A stretch of 64,000 nt of DNA from Eledone cirrhosa (Eukaryota): contig OZ024749.1 in NCBI GenBank assembly GCA_964016885.1, positions 23,436,001 to 23,500,000 on the forward strand, in the 5' to 3' direction. Under the pieces are notes generated by a model, which was given only the letters and a program-made list of their open reading frames with translations, was not told where the DNA came from and did not search any database. The first letter of the stretch is position 1; each line of letters opens with the position of its first letter. A program made the position numbers and the translations under genes. Below are positions 52,706-64,000 of this stretch, piece after piece.

Positions 52706-53152
52706 CATACATACATACATACATATATATATACATACCTACCTACATACATGCAATCCATTAATGGAACAGTAAAAATATGTAAAACATTCTAAAAATG
52801 TTGCATCTAATAACTGCATATACACATCTACAGATACAAAGCATATACACATGTACTGATACAAAGCATATACACATGCACAGATACAACTCAAAACATA
52901 CACATCCAAACATACAATAACATCCATATCTACACATGCATGCATATATATCTACCTAGTTAATGTTGTGTAAATTACAATTAGAGAGTCTTGTGTCTAT
53001 GTTAGAAACCGACTCTCTCTCTATTGGTAAAAAATTGTGAAATTATAAAACTAGAAGAACATACATATATATATACAAACATATAACCAGTAAGTGTAAC
53101 GTGAAGTTACTGTAAGCGATAAACATAGTGAAATTTTAACAAATCGTCTTTG

Positions 53153-53257
<105 letters not shown>

Positions 53258-53472
53258 AATACATATATAAGTATGTAAACGTACATACATATATGTATAC
53301 AGATGTACAGTAGTATGTATAAATATAAACATACATGCACACATACATATATGTACGTATGGATTCACCGAACATTTATTATAATGCTCGGTGTGTTTGT
53401 AAACAAACATCCCGTATTAAGCCGTAGTGTCTAGCAACCATCGTTGCTCGTTTGTTCAACACTGACAAAGGA

Positions 53473-53515
53473 ACGCTGTACTAGTTTCAAGCTTATTAGC
53501 TATCGTCAGCAACGT
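53473..53515 (-). ncRNA. Minimal (dimer-type) hammerhead ribozyme
   Basis: Minus strand reads ACGTTG-CTGACGA-TAGCT..AGCTT-GAAA-CTAG-TA-CAGCGT. Stem I is 6 bp. Confidence 0.8.
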
Positions 53516-53544
53516 ATACCTTCCTGCCAGATTGTTGAAGGTAT

Positions 53545-53587
53545 ACGTTGCTGACGATAGCTAATAAGCTTGAAACTAGTACAGGGT
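53545..53587 (+). ncRNA. Minimal hammerhead ribozyme, mirror copy
   Basis: ACGTTG-CTGACGA-TAGCTAATAAGCTT-GAAA-CTAG-TA-CAGGGT. Confidence 0.7.
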
Positions 53588-54000
53588 TCCTTTGTCAGTG
53601 TAGAACAAAAGAGCAACGATGGTTGCTAGACACTACGGCTTAATACGGGATGTTTGTTTACAAACACACCGAGCATTATAATAAATGTTCGGTGAATCCA
53701 TACGTACATATATGTATGTGTGCATGTATGTATATATGTATACATATTACTGTACGTCTGTATACATATATGTATGTACGTGTACATACTTATATTTAAG
53801 TAACAGCCGTACTAAGCGTGGGAAATGAAATTTCGTTTCATTATTTCCGTTTAAATATATATATATATATATATATATAAATATATATATATATACATAT
53901 ATATATATATGTATATATATATATATTGACTATCCAGAGAACATCCAACCGTCAAGGTTGTTTTTCCCCGGGTATGTCAACATTTATAAAACAAATTTTG

Positions 54001-54066
54001 TATTTTATCTGATGAAAGCGTACCAAAATTTGCCTTGGTTGCCCTTGAAATATATATAATAAAATA
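54001..54066 (+). ncRNA. Type I hammerhead ribozyme
   Basis: TATTTTAT-CTGATGA-AAGCGTACCAA..TTGGTTGCCCTT-GAAA-TATATA-TA-ATAAAATA. Stem I is a perfect 8 bp. Confidence 0.8.
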
Positions 54067-54546
54067 ATTATGGTTTTATAAATATAGTTTCCATTTATTA
54101 ATATGCTGTTTTTGCGCTGCTTGTGCTTTGATGTATCTATGCTTTGCTTCGTTTTATATTTTGGGGGATTTTCGGGCCTTATGTTCCTTTATTGTTTTGT
54201 ATTTTTTTTATTTATTTCTTCTGTTATCCCTCTATTTTCGTACTTTTTTATTATTATTTTTTTATTGTTTCTGGTAATGCTGAGTAATACCCACAATCCT
54301 CCCTTGTTACCCTCTCCCCATCTCTTTATCATCTATTGCACCATTTAAGTGATATATTTTTGGTGTTATTTTTAATTTTTTATTTTTGATGTAATTTTTT
54401 TAGGACACATTATGACATTATGTGCATCATGTATTCTGTCTTTTTCCATATAGAGCTGGCCTCGGGACACCCCTGCTGGTTCTTTAACCTTTATCTGGTG
54501 ATGCAGCTCGATGGAGCATGCAACTATTGATATACTCTTGTTTATA

Positions 54547-54593
54547 GGCTCTGATGATTCCTGCCATGGGGTATTGATGAAACACTGTTAGCT
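54547..54593 (+). ncRNA. Hammerhead motif
   Basis: GGCT-CTGATGA-..-GAAA-CACTG-TT-AGCT, followed by AATAAA. Stem II is weak. Confidence 0.5.
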
Positions 54594-54634
54594 AATAAAA
54601 CAATGTATTTCTAAGCACTCTTTGGTTACTCCTA

Positions 54635-54713
<79 letters not shown>

Positions 54714-54753
54714 GATATTAAATAAATGGAAACTATATTTATAAAACCATATT

Positions 54754-54818
54754 TATTTCATTATACATATTTCAGGGATACCAAATTAAAATATGGTATG
54801 CCTTCATCAGACAAAATA
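54754..54818 (-). ncRNA. Hammerhead ribozyme, family of 54001
   Basis: Minus strand reads TATTTTGT-CTGATGA-AGGCATACCA..TGGTATCCCT-GAAA-TATGTA-TA-ATGAAATA. Confidence 0.75.
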
Positions 54819-54962
54819 CAATATATATATATATATAGAAGGTGAGTAATATTGTAGAATAATAACACTATGCATATATCAGGTAAGTAGCACTCAACAG
54901 TTGGTAGAACTGGAGTATATATAATAAAGATGAAATAAAGATGGCTATAAGAGTTCCATATA

Positions 54963-55020
54963 TTTTATTATACGTATTTCGAATACAAAATCATAGATGT
55001 TGTTTTCTCTTCAGATAAAG
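54963..55020 (-). ncRNA. Hammerhead ribozyme (palindromic stem III)
   Basis: Minus strand reads CTTTAT-CTGAAGA-GAAAACAA..TTGTATTC-GAAA-TACGTA-TA-ATAAAA. Confidence 0.75.
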
Positions 55021-55082
55021 AATAAGGTACAATGATATGAGGCATAATAGTTGTTGTTTATATATATATATATATATATATA

Positions 55083-55159
<77 letters not shown>

Positions 55160-56938
55160 GATGATGTCCCTCAAGAGCAGGATACTATAAACATGCCTTA
55201 CAGAATAGAGTGAAGACCCTTAAAAACGGAAATATCTCTGTTGTCATCGGCCAGGATGAAAATTTAGAGTGGACGATGGCAACTTCTTTTTCCAACTTTT
55301 AGGGGGGGGCTTTACTCTATTATATAAGCTGTGTCTTTATAAAATCTCTTTGCTTGAGCACATAAGACTTTATTATTATATATATAATATACACTGTATC
55401 CTTGAGACTTTCTTCAAGAGATCACAAGGCTTTGCAATGCTTAACGACAATTCCACAAGACTGTCGACGTGATGGAAGATTTATTTCTACAGCATTATAT
55501 TCTATATTAACTTGCAAAGTAGTATTTGTTGTTGTTAAGGTAATGTGAGAAAAAGATGTCATTTAAATGCTGATGAAATCGTAGGGGCGTCCTTCCAACG
55601 CACGAGCTGCCTTCGCATCTTCGGCATTTAAAACCTAGCGAATCCATCTCCAGATTGAATCACAGCTGAGAGAGAGAAAGAGCATGAGCGTGAGTGAGAG
55701 AGAGAAAGAGATAGAGAGAGCGAAGGACAGTGAGAGAGAATGAGAGAAAGAGAGAGAGAGAAGGACAGTGAGAGAGAGAGGGAGTGAGAATTTGAGAAAG
55801 AGAGATAGAGGGAAAAAGAGAAGTAGGACATCGAAAAAGAGACATAGGTGGAAGTAACAATTCCACTATTTGACTGATATTTTATTTACCATCCTCGAAA
55901 TGAGAAAAGGCTAAGGCGACCTCGTTATACTCTAGCTTAGCGAGCAGTTGCATATCTCTTCCGACGTGCAAACGACTTTGTCAATTACCAAACAGCCATT
56001 GACAACCCCACATCCACTCACTCTTGAAGTTTTCAGAAGTGGTGCTCTTCACTGTGATGACTGACGTAGTTTCACTATCGTAAACAATTTATTTTCCTAC
56101 AAGAATATAGAAAGAATAGAGACATACATAAAAAAAATCATGCAAAAAGAAAAAAACATCAAGGTCGCCATATGCCAATGTTAAAATTACGCAAACAGAC
56201 AGTGCTTGAAGCGTCAACACAAGATATATAATAGAAAATACAAAACAGTAATTATTTTGAAAATAATAATTTAAATGGTAATCTCAGCCTTGATATAGTT
56301 TACAAGGAGCAACGACAGAATCTCCTAAAACAACATTGGAAAGTTAACAAACGTTGTGATTCATCTGTATCATTTAGATCTCTGGTTAGCACCAGGAAAA
56401 CGAGAAGTTATTCCATAAAATGAAAGAGCAAGACCAATGGGTTCAAGAGCTGCGATTTGGAACCATAAATCAATGGTTGGCAGTGCGATTCCGACACATC
56501 GAAGTAAGCCATATTCTTGTACTAGACATTTTATTTCACATGGCTTCCTTATAATCAATCTTGCATTCTAAGTTTCTTAATGCCAGTGAAACAAGCATAA
56601 ATTTAGAGTATTTTCTTTTTATATTTACTGATATGAAGCAGGGCAATAAAGCCATTAAAATTCAAAGGGTTACTTAAAATGGAAAAGGACAAGACAAGTC
56701 AGAACATAATCCAAGTAGAGAAAAGTGAACGATTGATGCTGTTTTTGAATTTTTGCAAATTGTGGTGTTCAAGACGGCATGACACCTGAAGAAATTTCCA
56801 TAGGTGAGATGTGTGAATTTAGAAACTATCAAAATAGAATTTGCATTTCGGGTACAACAGTATTTCCAGCATTGAGTGTTGAATTTAGCTAGTGTAGATA
56901 GCAGCGTGGGAGTTATACATACAAAGACACACACACAA

Positions 56939-57047
<109 letters not shown>

Positions 57048-57131
57048 CAACTCCTTTCGTTTCTTATCATTATATATACATATATAGAAAAGGAGAGGCA
57101 AATATATACACACAAAGATGTATATATACAC

Positions 57132-57209
<78 letters not shown>

Positions 57210-58542
57210 GCATGAATACATAAAACAAAGCGTGAACAATATTCATTTAAAGTAGAGGCCAATTAACTGCGTGATTAATTAAAAGAGCACGGTAGTTTAA
57301 TTAACCAGATTTCAAATTTAGCAACAAGATTAAAAGGTGATTCGTTTAATTCCTTACAGCCACTATTTGTGTAATGGTTCACAAACATGTTACTAATAGG
57401 TGAATTACCTGCTCCTTTCTTGTCACCTTCACATTTCTTCCTTTTTTCTTCTTATGTTCATGAACATTCTAGAGGCGACACATAAACAAAATCTCTCTTT
57501 TTCTCTTTTTCCTATTTTCTATAACTTTCTCCTTCCCCTTCTCTCAATCGTCTTTCTCTCCCTCATTTCTTTCATTTCTCACTCACCCACTCCACCTACA
57601 CCTCCCCCTTCTTCTTCTTCTTCTTCTTCTTCTTCTTCTTCTTCTTCTCGTCCTCTCTTCCTCACTATCTCTCACTTTCCTCTCCTCCATGTCCCTCTCT
57701 CTCCCTCTTTTTCTCAATCGCTCTTCCTCACTTCTCATTCACCCACCCCTTCTCCTCACCTCCCCATGAGCTTTCCCCTCTTCCTCTTCCCGCTTCTTCA
57801 CCCCCCTCTTTCTCACTCCGTCTCACTTCTCCGCTCTCCCCACCTCTCTTCGTACTCCTTCTGTTGCTCTTCCTCACACCCTCTGCTTTAATCTCTCTCT
57901 CACGCTCATCGCTTCTCCTTTGCTTTCCTTCGCACCGGCATTCTCACTCTTCTCCTCTCTCTCTACCACTCTTTCCCTCTCTCATTACACTCACCCTCTC
58001 TTCTCTCCTTCGCCTCTCTCTTTGCTACTCTTTCTCTGCCATTACATTCATTCTCTCTTCTCCTCCCCTTCTCCTTTCTCAACCACACTTTCTCCCTCAT
58101 TATACCCACCCTCTCTTCTCCTCTCCTTCTCGCACTCACAGTAAATTCTTCACTTCTAGTTCAAGAAATATTACGAAATAACCTCACCAAAAAGCCAAAA
58201 AAGTGTAAATAAAATAGTAAAGAATATGTCACCGAAGATGGTAAAATCAATGAATTTCTCTGTAATATAATTAATCTTCTCGTAATTTTTCTATTTGTTT
58301 AATCGATACATAATTTAGGAGTATGTTATAGCCTTCTTCTGGTTCTGTTTAGGAATGAATTATGGATTTAGGGATGAAGTGTTCAAACCTTTTAGAAATA
58401 TTTCACCGCCTTTTAATCAGGACTAAATTATAATTTCAATGGTGTTGTGTTTTTGTTTTAATGTAATTATTATCGTTTGTTTTGTTATTGTTATCTTATG
58501 TTGTTGTTGTTGGTGTTAGTTGTTGTTATTATTGTTGTAGTT

Positions 58543-58762
58543 TACGATGTTGGGCTGAAAAATTCATTTTCTGAATATGAAGAAGTGGTGCGAAAACTGT
58601 GAAAGCTATCATGCATTTATTTCAAATCTTCTAATTAATAACGTAATTGTTTCCCTCCATGGACTACATTAAAAAAATATATGCCTCATTTACTCATTCC
58701 ATGAACGTATCTAGGTCAGATTATGACATGTTCAGCATATGAAACTTTTAGCTCTAATTGTA
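58543..58762. mobile_element. Possible old mariner-type MITE
   Basis: Degenerate inverted ends: TACGATGTTGGGCTGAAAAATTCAT and ATGAAACTTTTAGCTCTAATTGTA. Confidence 0.35.
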
Positions 58763-58769
58763 CAGTTAA

Positions 58770-58963
58770 ATAATTGTTTCTACTTTTTGGCACAAGGCCA
58801 GCAATTATCCCAGTGTATTACTGGTACTTTATTTTATCGACCCCCGTAAGGATGAAAGGCAAAGTTAACCTCGGCGGGATTTGAACTCAGTTCGTAAAGG
58901 GACGTAACTGTGCTACAAAGCATGGCGTCCGACCCTCTACCGATACTACCAATCCACCGCCCT
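58770..58963 (-). mobile_element. Same SINE, full copy
   Basis: Complete head-to-tail match to the 11659-11850 copy. Confidence 0.85.
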
Positions 58964-59218
58964 GTTAAATAATAAAAGATAATTATTTGAAGACATAGAA
59001 ATCCCGTCGATTCGTATCTAACGTGCTGAATTAGTTCTACACAGATGGATGAAATAATGCTGAAGCCAATACGTTGATTTTAGGGGCATAATAGGTTAAA
59101 CAGGGTGCGACATTTATACTCAGAACCCAAAGGCTAAGAAGAGATTGCCTAAAGCTTTCCCTCTAAATGAAGGCACAATTTTGGATCTGTATAATTTTGT
59201 CGTACCTAAGCTACCATT

Positions 59219-59299
<81 letters not shown>

Positions 59300-59661
59300 T
59301 GTGTGTGTGTGGGGGGGGCGATTTCGTTCATCTAAAGATATACGGTATCTTTAATAAATATATATTTTGAAAGCCTCAGCTAAGGTTAGTGGACCGGCGC
59401 TGTCTAGCAGAATACAGCAGTAGCAAGTGTGATAATTGTCTATGCATTTCGAACTTGAATGGTAACGTCACGACAATGGTTTCCTCTTCGTATTTCTGGA
59501 GTTTGAAATAGGTAAAAATATATAGTTGTTCGTCTGTGTAAATGAGTTGATTAACCTTATTTGCATACAATAGTTTATAAGTTGGCTCGACTTAAAATAG
59601 AATTAAATTTAGCTTCGACATACTTGTATACATACATGTATGTATACAGCTATGTTGAATT

Positions 59662-59699
<38 letters not shown>

Positions 59700-60381
59700 A
59701 GAGTGTTGAAGTTTGCTTGAAGCATTGTGGAATAATAAAAAAATTGCTAATTTTTGAAGCCTCAACAATGCAGATGGATAAAACTCCGGGTAACAGAATG
59801 AGGTGGTGAAGAGAGAGATGAAAGAGGAAATGTAGGATGATACGTATAGTGTGTACAGGAACTTAGGAAAGAGTGTAAAAATAATAACACGAGATAGAGT
59901 TGGCGTTGAAGTGGTTTAATAGTCCCTATATTTCGGATTTCACATCCAACAACTGGGTTTTTTCCGCGGGGGAACGTTTTTAGTCGGAGAGGAACGGTGC
60001 GTGGCCTCTGTTGTCCCCCGTTTGTGTACAACAGAGATATTCTGTCGAGCGCGCATGCGCGCGGAATAACTGCGGTCAAGCAAAGGTCGAGGCAGATCCT
60101 CTTTACTATGGTGGTGGGATGGTGTTTCGCTCTCATCCATTATACTACCTATATTCAGTCTTTGATACTGGAAGTGTTGGTAGTCTGCCTGATTGTTGTT
60201 TGTTGGTCGGTGGATGGTGGCCGCACTATACACACAATAACAATCGTTCGAATGCCATTGTGTGTGTTTATATATATTTATACATACAGATACACATACA
60301 CATACACACACATATATATATATATATATGTATACATATATGTAAAAGGTAAAAACATAATACATATATATATATGGATAT

Positions 60382-60424
<43 letters not shown>

Positions 60425-60455
60425 TACTCACACATACATACGCGCACACACACAG

Positions 60456-60500
<45 letters not shown>

Positions 60501-60579
60501 CGTGTGTGTGTGTGTATATATATATATATACATATATATATGTATTATTTTTTTTGTTTTACCTTTTACATATATATAT

Positions 60580-60670
<91 letters not shown>

Positions 60671-60756
60671 TATACACACATATATATATATTTATACATA
60701 TATATATATATATATGTGTCTGTATGAGTGTATGTATGTATAAATATATATAAATT

Positions 60757-60812
<56 letters not shown>

Positions 60813-61054
60813 TATGTCTGTTTACATCAATATATACATATGACGGAAAGAGACATTTTTATGAAGATTATTGTGATAATATTCATTAAAAATAAAAAAT
60901 TAAAGATCAGATAAAGAATTCGAGATATACGGGTGAGGGTGACGGTGGGAGGAGAGCTGCAAGAGAGACAATGCAAATATTTATCTGGAAAAACCCTTTT
61001 CGGCATTATCTGTACATGGAGATAGTAAAAGATTGGGGTGTATGGCGGAGATAA

Positions 61055-61392
61055 TAATTTGTATTACTTCTGGCACAAGGCCAGCAATTAAACCAGTGTA
61101 TTACTGGTGTTTTATTTTATCGACCCCGTAAGGATGAGGGGCAAAGTTAATGTCGGCGGTTTTTGAACCAAATAATTGTTTCTACTATTGACACAAGGCC
61201 AGCAAATATTCCAGTGTATTACTGGTATTTTATCGACTCCGTAAGGATGAAAGGCAAAGTTAACCTCGGCGGGATTTGAACTCAGACATAGTAATGTTAA
61301 TAATTATTATTATTACTATTATTCGATAAAATAAAGTACCAGTAATGTACTGGGATAATTGCTGGCCTTGTGCTAAAAGTAGAAACAATTAT
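61055..61392. mobile_element. Cluster of three partial copies of the same SINE (two minus, one plus)
   Basis: Core motif at about 61085, 61220 and, inverted, 61325. Confidence 0.8.
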
Positions 61393-62398
61393 TACTATTA
61401 TTAGTTTTATCATTATTATATGTAAAAAAGAGAGAGAGAGACATAGAGAAGAGTAGCAACATGTCTTCTTCTTCTTCTTCTTCTTCTTCTTCTTCTTCTT
61501 CTTCTTCTTCTTCTTCTTCTTCTTCTTCTTCTTCGTCTCCTCCTCCTTCTCCTCTTCCACCTCCGCCTTCTACTTTCTTCCTATTTTCTTCTTCTTCTTC
61601 TTCTTCTTCTTCTTCTTCTTCTTCTTCTTCTTCTTCTTCTTCTTCTTCTTCTTCTTCTTCTTCTTCTTCTACTTCTTCTCCTTCTTCTCCTCTTCTTCTT
61701 CTTCTACTTCTTCTCCTTCTTCTCCTCTTCTTCTTCTTCTTCCCCTCCCCCAACTCTCCTCGTCCTCCTACTCCTTCTTTTTTTTCGACTTTTTCTTTTC
61801 CTCATTATTACTATTATTATCATAATGACTAATATTAGTATTATCGTTATTCCTGTGTATTTCACCAGATCACGATCAATGAAGATTCTCTTTAGAATCA
61901 TAAACGATTAATAAAATTTTCACAAAAAATGAAATATTGAAGCTATTATTGAAGGTAAATAACAGATGAAAACAACATATTCAGACATACACATATTTAC
62001 ACCTACACACACACACACACACACATAAGCATACACACATACATAAACACATACACGTACACACACACACACGCGCGCGCGTATATGCTTATACATAAAT
62101 TCTTAAGCGCACTTTTACACACACGCAATCAGAAATATCTTCACACAAACCCACAGTCACACAAACACATACAAACTTATTCACGCCTACACATGCACTC
62201 TTACATACAGCCGCAAAGAAACCCACTGCTGCACACGATCTCTCTCTCACACACACACACACACATACACACTCACACATACAAACATATTCACACTTAT
62301 ACAAGCACTCTTTCATACAGCCTCAAACAAAGCCACTGCTGCACACGATCTCACAAACATACACATCGGCACACACACACATACGCTCACTCATATAT

Positions 62399-62433
<35 letters not shown>

Positions 62434-62924
62434 CAACATATTCAAACTGTTACAGACTCTCTAAAGTACATACAATCACAGTTATAATCACACATACAAA
62501 ATTCCCACTTAGAGATACAGACAATCACGCACAATCCCACACTCACATACACAGAGACACAGATATTTGAAGAGAGAAACGACGACAGCAACAGCACAAA
62601 CAACAACGCCAAAATGGCGGATATGAATTTAACGCTGCGAGATTTGTCGGACTGATACTTCATCTATATGAAAAGATTTGTAGATAAAAATATTTCAAAC
62701 TGAAAATGAAAGAAATCAGAATGCGAGGTTATCGAGAGATCTTTTATAAATGACTCCGTTTAACTTTGACAAAAGACAAGCAACTGTAACGTAAAACAAC
62801 AACAACAACTGCAACAACAACAACAACAACAAAAACAACAACAACGACAACAACAAGAGCAATAATTGCTGCAACGACAACTGCAGCATTAATAACATAA
62901 ACAATTATAACAAACATAATACTT

Positions 62925-63300
62925 ATTTCTACTTTAGGCACGAGGTCAGCAATTATCCAAGTGCATTACTGGTACTTTATTTTATCGACCTCGTAAGGAT
63001 GAAAGGCAAAGTTAACCTCGGTGGGATTTGAACTCAGACAATAAATGGCCGTAACTCTTAGCGGCAAAGCATGGCGTCCGACCCTCTACCGATACTGCCA
63101 ATCCATAATAATTTCTGATTTACACACAAGGCCAGTAATTTGAGGAGCGGGGAAATCGACACCAGTGAGTAACTGGTACTATATTTCATCGACCTCGTAA
63201 GGTTGGAGGCGAAGTTAACCTCGGCAGTTTGGACTCAGAATGTAAAGGGCCTTAATTATATGCTGCAAAGCATGCTCCACGACGTTTTACTGATACATCC

Positions 63301-63303
<3 letters not shown>
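62925..63303 (-). mobile_element. Two tandem copies of the same SINE
   Basis: Core motif at about 62968 and 63172. Confidence 0.8.
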
Positions 63304-63392
<89 letters not shown>

Positions 63393-63426
63393 AAATAAAT
63401 GGAAACTATATTTATAAAACCATATT

Positions 63427-63491
63427 TATTTCATTATATATATTTCAAGGATACCAAGTTAAATCATGGTATGCCTTCATCAGACAAAATA
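63427..63491 (-). ncRNA. Hammerhead ribozyme, family of 54001/54754
   Basis: Minus strand reads TATTTTGT-CTGATGA-AGGCATACCA..TGGTATCCTT-GAAA-TATATA-TA-ATGAAATA. Confidence 0.75.
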
Positions 63492-63624
63492 CAATATATA
63501 ACAGTTTTACAAATAGATAATTGACATACCCTTTCAAAAAGGGGACCGTTGTTTTTGGAGGCCATCCGGATAGTGGTTTGTTTTCTTTAGTAAGTCATAG
63601 TGTTAAGAGTAAGTACAGAGATGG

Positions 63625-63655
<31 letters not shown>

Positions 63656-64000
63656 GAGAGAGAGAGAGAGAAACGTGGAGAAAAAGAAAGGGAAAGATAG
63701 ATAAAGAAAAAGAAGAAAGCAAAAAGAAAAGAGAACAGAGGAAAAATAACGGGGAGATATCAAAACATCAGACAGAGAAAGACCTCAAGAGAGAGATATG
63801 CATAGATAGAGAGAGGGGAGAGAATGAAAACCATAAGTTATGGTATATTAAGTTGAGTTAACAATTTAGATGAAATGAATAAATAAAATTAGAAATATTA
63901 ATATTCGTGAATGGAATATAGATATATAATATGAGAAATTACACATTGTTTAATTATGATTATATATTTACTTTAAAATTGAGATCAATATATTAAAAAT

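Noticed and set aside
55205-55580. GTGAAGA..GGAAA (55210) and CTGATGA (55570) as hammerheads
   Set aside because: Core mismatch or missing stems.
62614-62655. ATG in strong context (MADMNLTLRDLSD)
   Set aside because: Stops after 13 codons with no clear donor site; kept only as a YY1-like motif.

Overview
AT-rich, microsatellite-saturated animal genomic DNA. The SINE types and the (TA)n/(TAA)n load suggest a cephalopod or other mollusc, but that is an inference. No host protein-coding gene can be firmly called, and most ORF-track entries are microsatellite artefacts or antisense shadows of transposon ORFs. The window is dominated by mobile DNA: one intact Penelope-like element (RT + GIY-YIG) plus two decayed ones; three R4/Dong-type RT + restriction-like-endonuclease LINEs clustered at (TAA)n with a gag-only element; RTE fragments; non-autonomous Helitrons; a Tc1/mariner MITE; tRNA-derived SINEs; and 47-bp and ~168-bp tandem arrays. 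The main hidden signal, found by reading the sequence, is about 20 hammerhead-ribozyme motifs from roughly 10 sequence families. Most lie in short non-coding units inside (TA)n, and several form fold-back palindromes with a ribozyme on each strand. Two unrelated families carry the U3-A8 core variant, and one carries an unusual CCGUCGA core. An HDV-like fold is possible at the head of a mini-RTE. All RNA folds were assigned by eye and none has been tested.
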